Assembly: GCF_036588685.1 (NCBI RefSeq)
Contig: NC_086385.1
Span: 15,399,216-15,463,215, forward strand
Length of the DNA stretch: 64,000 nucleotides
Direction of reading: 5' to 3'
DNA from: Mytilus trossulus
Taxonomy: Eukaryota
The translations under genes were made by a program, and so were the position numbers. The notes below the pieces were generated by a model that saw nothing but the letters and a program-made list of their open reading frames with translations, did no database searches and was not told the DNA's origin. Position 1 is the first letter of the stretch. Each line of letters begins with the position of its first letter. This document shows positions 60,734 through 64,000 of this stretch, one piece after another.

Positions 60734-63006
60734 TAAATTTTTCGAAACTTCATAGTGCATGAATTAAAAGGGGTACAGTTTAAACTGTAAAAGGAGTTCC
60801 AATGGGAAATTGCGTACTAGTCTATATTTGCAGAAATCCAACTTTTTTGATATTTCCACTTTTTTTCGAAATAATGAATCGTTTGTTTGTACATTTGTAT
60901 TGTAAATTTTTCATCAATTAACACTGAACATATTCAGACTATTTGAACTTCATAATAAATCAGTACATTTGGTAAATAAGGACGAAGCGTTTAATAAAAA
61001 ATAGGCAATATTCATTCAAAATGCATACAAAATGTTCTCCACATAAGTATAAAGTGCCAAATTTTCTTTAATTATTCAAAGTTTCGTCACTGAAGATGAA
61101 TATGAGATGTGTTGGCGTTTGTTTTGGTTGCACTTCGATGTTCCTGTTGTTCATTTGTTTCCTCCTAAAAATGAAGAATTTCACTCAGCTATTGTTTTTA
61201 GCTGGGATTTTTGTCTTTCACAATCGATTTATGACTTTTGAACACCGTTATACCACTGTTTTTTTTATTCAATCGTAAATAAATGAAACAATTGCCATAA
61301 CACAAAAACAGCATACCAGAATTACGAAATGTGTGTCACACGAATGTATTTATGCCACAAGCAGTGACGTCACATGTGAATTTCCCAAAAAAGTAGATAA
61401 AGTCGAGATACAGCATGTACTATTGATATTTGATGTCTTTCACTACAATTACAAGAATATTGATATAAAATTATGTAAGCTTTTGTGCAACAATCTGTAA
61501 TATCTAAACTATGTCGGCCTTTCTTCAAAATCTAACTGTGCAAAAGCAAATAAATCCTGTGCACATAGTTGCTTTAAACAAAAATCATACAAAAAAAACT
61601 GGGTGATTAATTATCTCAACTTTGACATACGAATAGAAAAAAAAATCCAAGAACTACAACTCAGAGTCACAGTGTAAATATAGTTAACAATTCTTAGTAT
61701 AATGCTGTCCCAAAAAATAGAACAATAGGATTATCATTTATCATGTTTATATTATCAAAAGTTATGTGGGATAAGCTTAAGAGAGGCAAACGATAACTCA
61801 AGGACATTAAAAAAAAAACGACCCAACAACGTCTTGGCTAAAAAAATAAAATAAAAACAGACCCAACAGACAAACATAGTATAGAAACATAGAAACTAAG
61901 CAACACGGATCCCATCAAAAACTTGGGGTGATCTCAGGTGCTCCAGGGTCCGAAAGGGGAAATCATGGTCCACAAGCGGCTTCCATCGTGTGACTTATGA
62001 TAGTACCACCCCGGTAGTAAGTCTTATTCTGTAGTTCACATTAGTGAAAAGGGGACGGGATTGTAGTACCGACATGAATAACTTATTAAAGTGTTTACAT
62101 GACAATTTGTTAAACACAGAATTGTCTCTAAGTCTGTTCACGAGCTGAACCGGTTTTAGGACCGGTCTAAAGCAAATCTGTCCACTGGTCTGATCTGGTA
62201 TCAAGCAGACCTATCCCCATGACTGGTTTAATCCAGACCTGTTCAAGGTCTTGAACGGAGCAGACTGGTCAATGGGTATGCATCAGTCTGCAAAAACAGA
62301 GCTTGTTCTGTTATACCACCGATGATTTAACTTCGTTGCGTGTTTAATTTTCTTAAATTAATTTGGAAAGCAGTTTAAAAAAGCCTGCTCTTTATCAAAG
62401 TTTTGTACACGTTGGAATACCACACAACTTTTAACAAACGGAACGTCATCTTCAAACAGACAACTCAGAACAGAATTAGCTCATCTCATTTTTATAATCA
62501 ATTTACTAAATTCATAGTGAAATGGGACTAAAAGAAAAGAATATGATAAAAAATGTTTTAAACGTCGAAATATAAGAGTTTGGAACCCACTTTCTTTATC
62601 AACCATATCAAATATCGGATTGTTGCATTTAGCACATTTAACCAGTACCATAGAGTTTGCAATAAAATAATAAAACTATCATTTATCTTCAATTCAATTT
62701 GTCAAGGTTCTGTTTTATACCTGACGACATGATTTAAGCTTCAAAAGGTAAGATATTTGATGGAAAAATTAGCTATTACCAATCAAGATGTTCTTGAAAG
62801 GAAAGACTAATTACAAGTAAGGTAATCATACTATTATAAACAATTCGGTAGGTTGTATTCGCGAAAGAAGGACGAGATTGTAGTAAAGAGTTATATACCT
62901 GGAGTACAAAGTCTTCCTTTCTTAAATCTTTGTTTTTTTCTATTTTTACATATCATTTGTTGTTTTTATTTTTAGGGTAAATACTGGTTCAATCTTAACA
63001 GATGAC

Positions 63007-63645
63007 ATGACACTAAAAAGTATTAATAACCATCATGAATTGATAGCAGCACAGACACCTTCCTGGTTTCATTTCACTTCCGGTGTTGTTCTTCTAACAA
63101 CAACCCTTATATCTTTGATTTCAAACGGGTCCGTTGTTTTTGCCTTATTGATAAAAAACAGGACGTTGCTGACTAGGATTACGACCTATATTATAACAAT
63201 ATGTTGTTTGAACTTATTAATGGCAGCTTTTGGCACACCAATGGTGGTTATGTCCTGTTTTAACAAAGTATGGTTGTTTGGAGAATTAGGCTGTACTTAC
63301 TATGCCTTTTTGATGACATTTGGTGGTTTGACCTCTATGCTTCTTTTGACCTTGATTTCTGTCGATCGGTACATATATGTTGTAAGGCACAATTTATCCA
63401 AACATCTGTCAACCATGACAGTCATCATATCCATAACTGTATCCTGTCTCATTACGCTAGGCTTGACCATTAGTCCTTTTTTTGGATGGAACCAGTATAC
63501 ATATGAAGGAGTTGGTACCTCTTGCGCAATAGATCTTGTTGGAGAAAACAATAACGGCCAATCCTTCGTACTAACCATCTGTGCTATATATTTTGCTGTA
63601 CCAGTATTTTCGATGTTATTTGCATACGGATCAATTTATGCAAAG
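63007..63645 (+). CDS. Opsin B (xenopsin-like tandem paralog), coding exon 1; the gene continues beyond the window
   Basis: Colinear with opsin A exon 1 (AAQTP.WFH, PMVV.SCFNK.W.FGE.GC, DRY, GWNQYTYEGVGTSCA.DL). Same phase-0 intron position ...YAK|GTAGGT. Acceptor at 62975; the frame is open back to it, so an upstream coding exon is possible. TM7 lysine not visible. Confidence 0.87.
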
Positions 63646-63672
63646 GTAGGTACAACTATTCAATTATATATA

Positions 63673-63905
63673 TGTAACACTCAAACGTGTCAGATTCTCC
63701 TAAACGTGTCAGATTCTCCCAAACGTGTCAGATTCTCCCAAACGTGTCAGATTCTCCAAAACGTGTACGATTCCCCCTAACGTGTCCACATTGACATCAT
63801 TGAGCTGCAAAACATGTCTATTTATAAAAGGGCTCCAAAGCTTGTCATTTGTATAAACGCTCAAACGTGTCCATTTTTAATAAACATAAAAACGTGTCCA
63901 ATGCC
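63673..63905 (+). repeat. ~19-bp AAACGTGTCAGATTCTCC repeats at the start of opsin B intron (probable transposon end)
   Basis: Five to six tandem copies, then scattered AAACGTGTCCA. Confidence 0.75.
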
Positions 63906-64000
63906 ACAATCGTGTCTATATAAAGCTGAATTTGTTATTTTATTTATAGTGTATTGGGAAACAAGATTCGCAACTCCCTTTTCACTTTGCGAGGCGATTG

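Overview
AT-rich eukaryotic genomic DNA, not prokaryotic. The repeat families and gene content suggest a bivalve mollusc, most likely a Mytilus mussel (inference). Host genes: four TRIM-type genes, each with its whole CDS in one exon. Two are RING/B-box/coiled-coil/beta-propeller paralogs in divergent orientation (1600-3615 -, 18309-20390 +). Two are RING-less double-B-box/coiled-coil/propeller genes (11021-12760 +, 51663-53300 -). There is also a tandem pair of xenopsin-like opsins. Opsin A can be fully reconstructed (39610-40257 + 41465-41579 + 45924-46402, 413 aa; the middle exon is missing from the ORF track). Opsin B starts at 63007 and runs off the window. The rest is dense with mobile DNA: a complete 474-bp miniature LTR retrotransposon with a tRNA-Asp-like sequence inside each LTR, a 2.7-kb satellite-bearing foldback element with a 9-bp TSD, a 1.2-kb element with a 5-bp TSD, a Harbinger-type MITE (these last two have empty sites visible in adjacent tandem duplicates), a (TA)n-flanked tRNA-containing ~445-bp repeat with an internal inversion, minimal hammerhead-ribozyme motifs, LINE/Penelope/RTE remnants, SINEs, MITEs and minisatellites. 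No CRISPR array, rRNA or convincing functional tRNA. All calls were made by eye; no database search was run.
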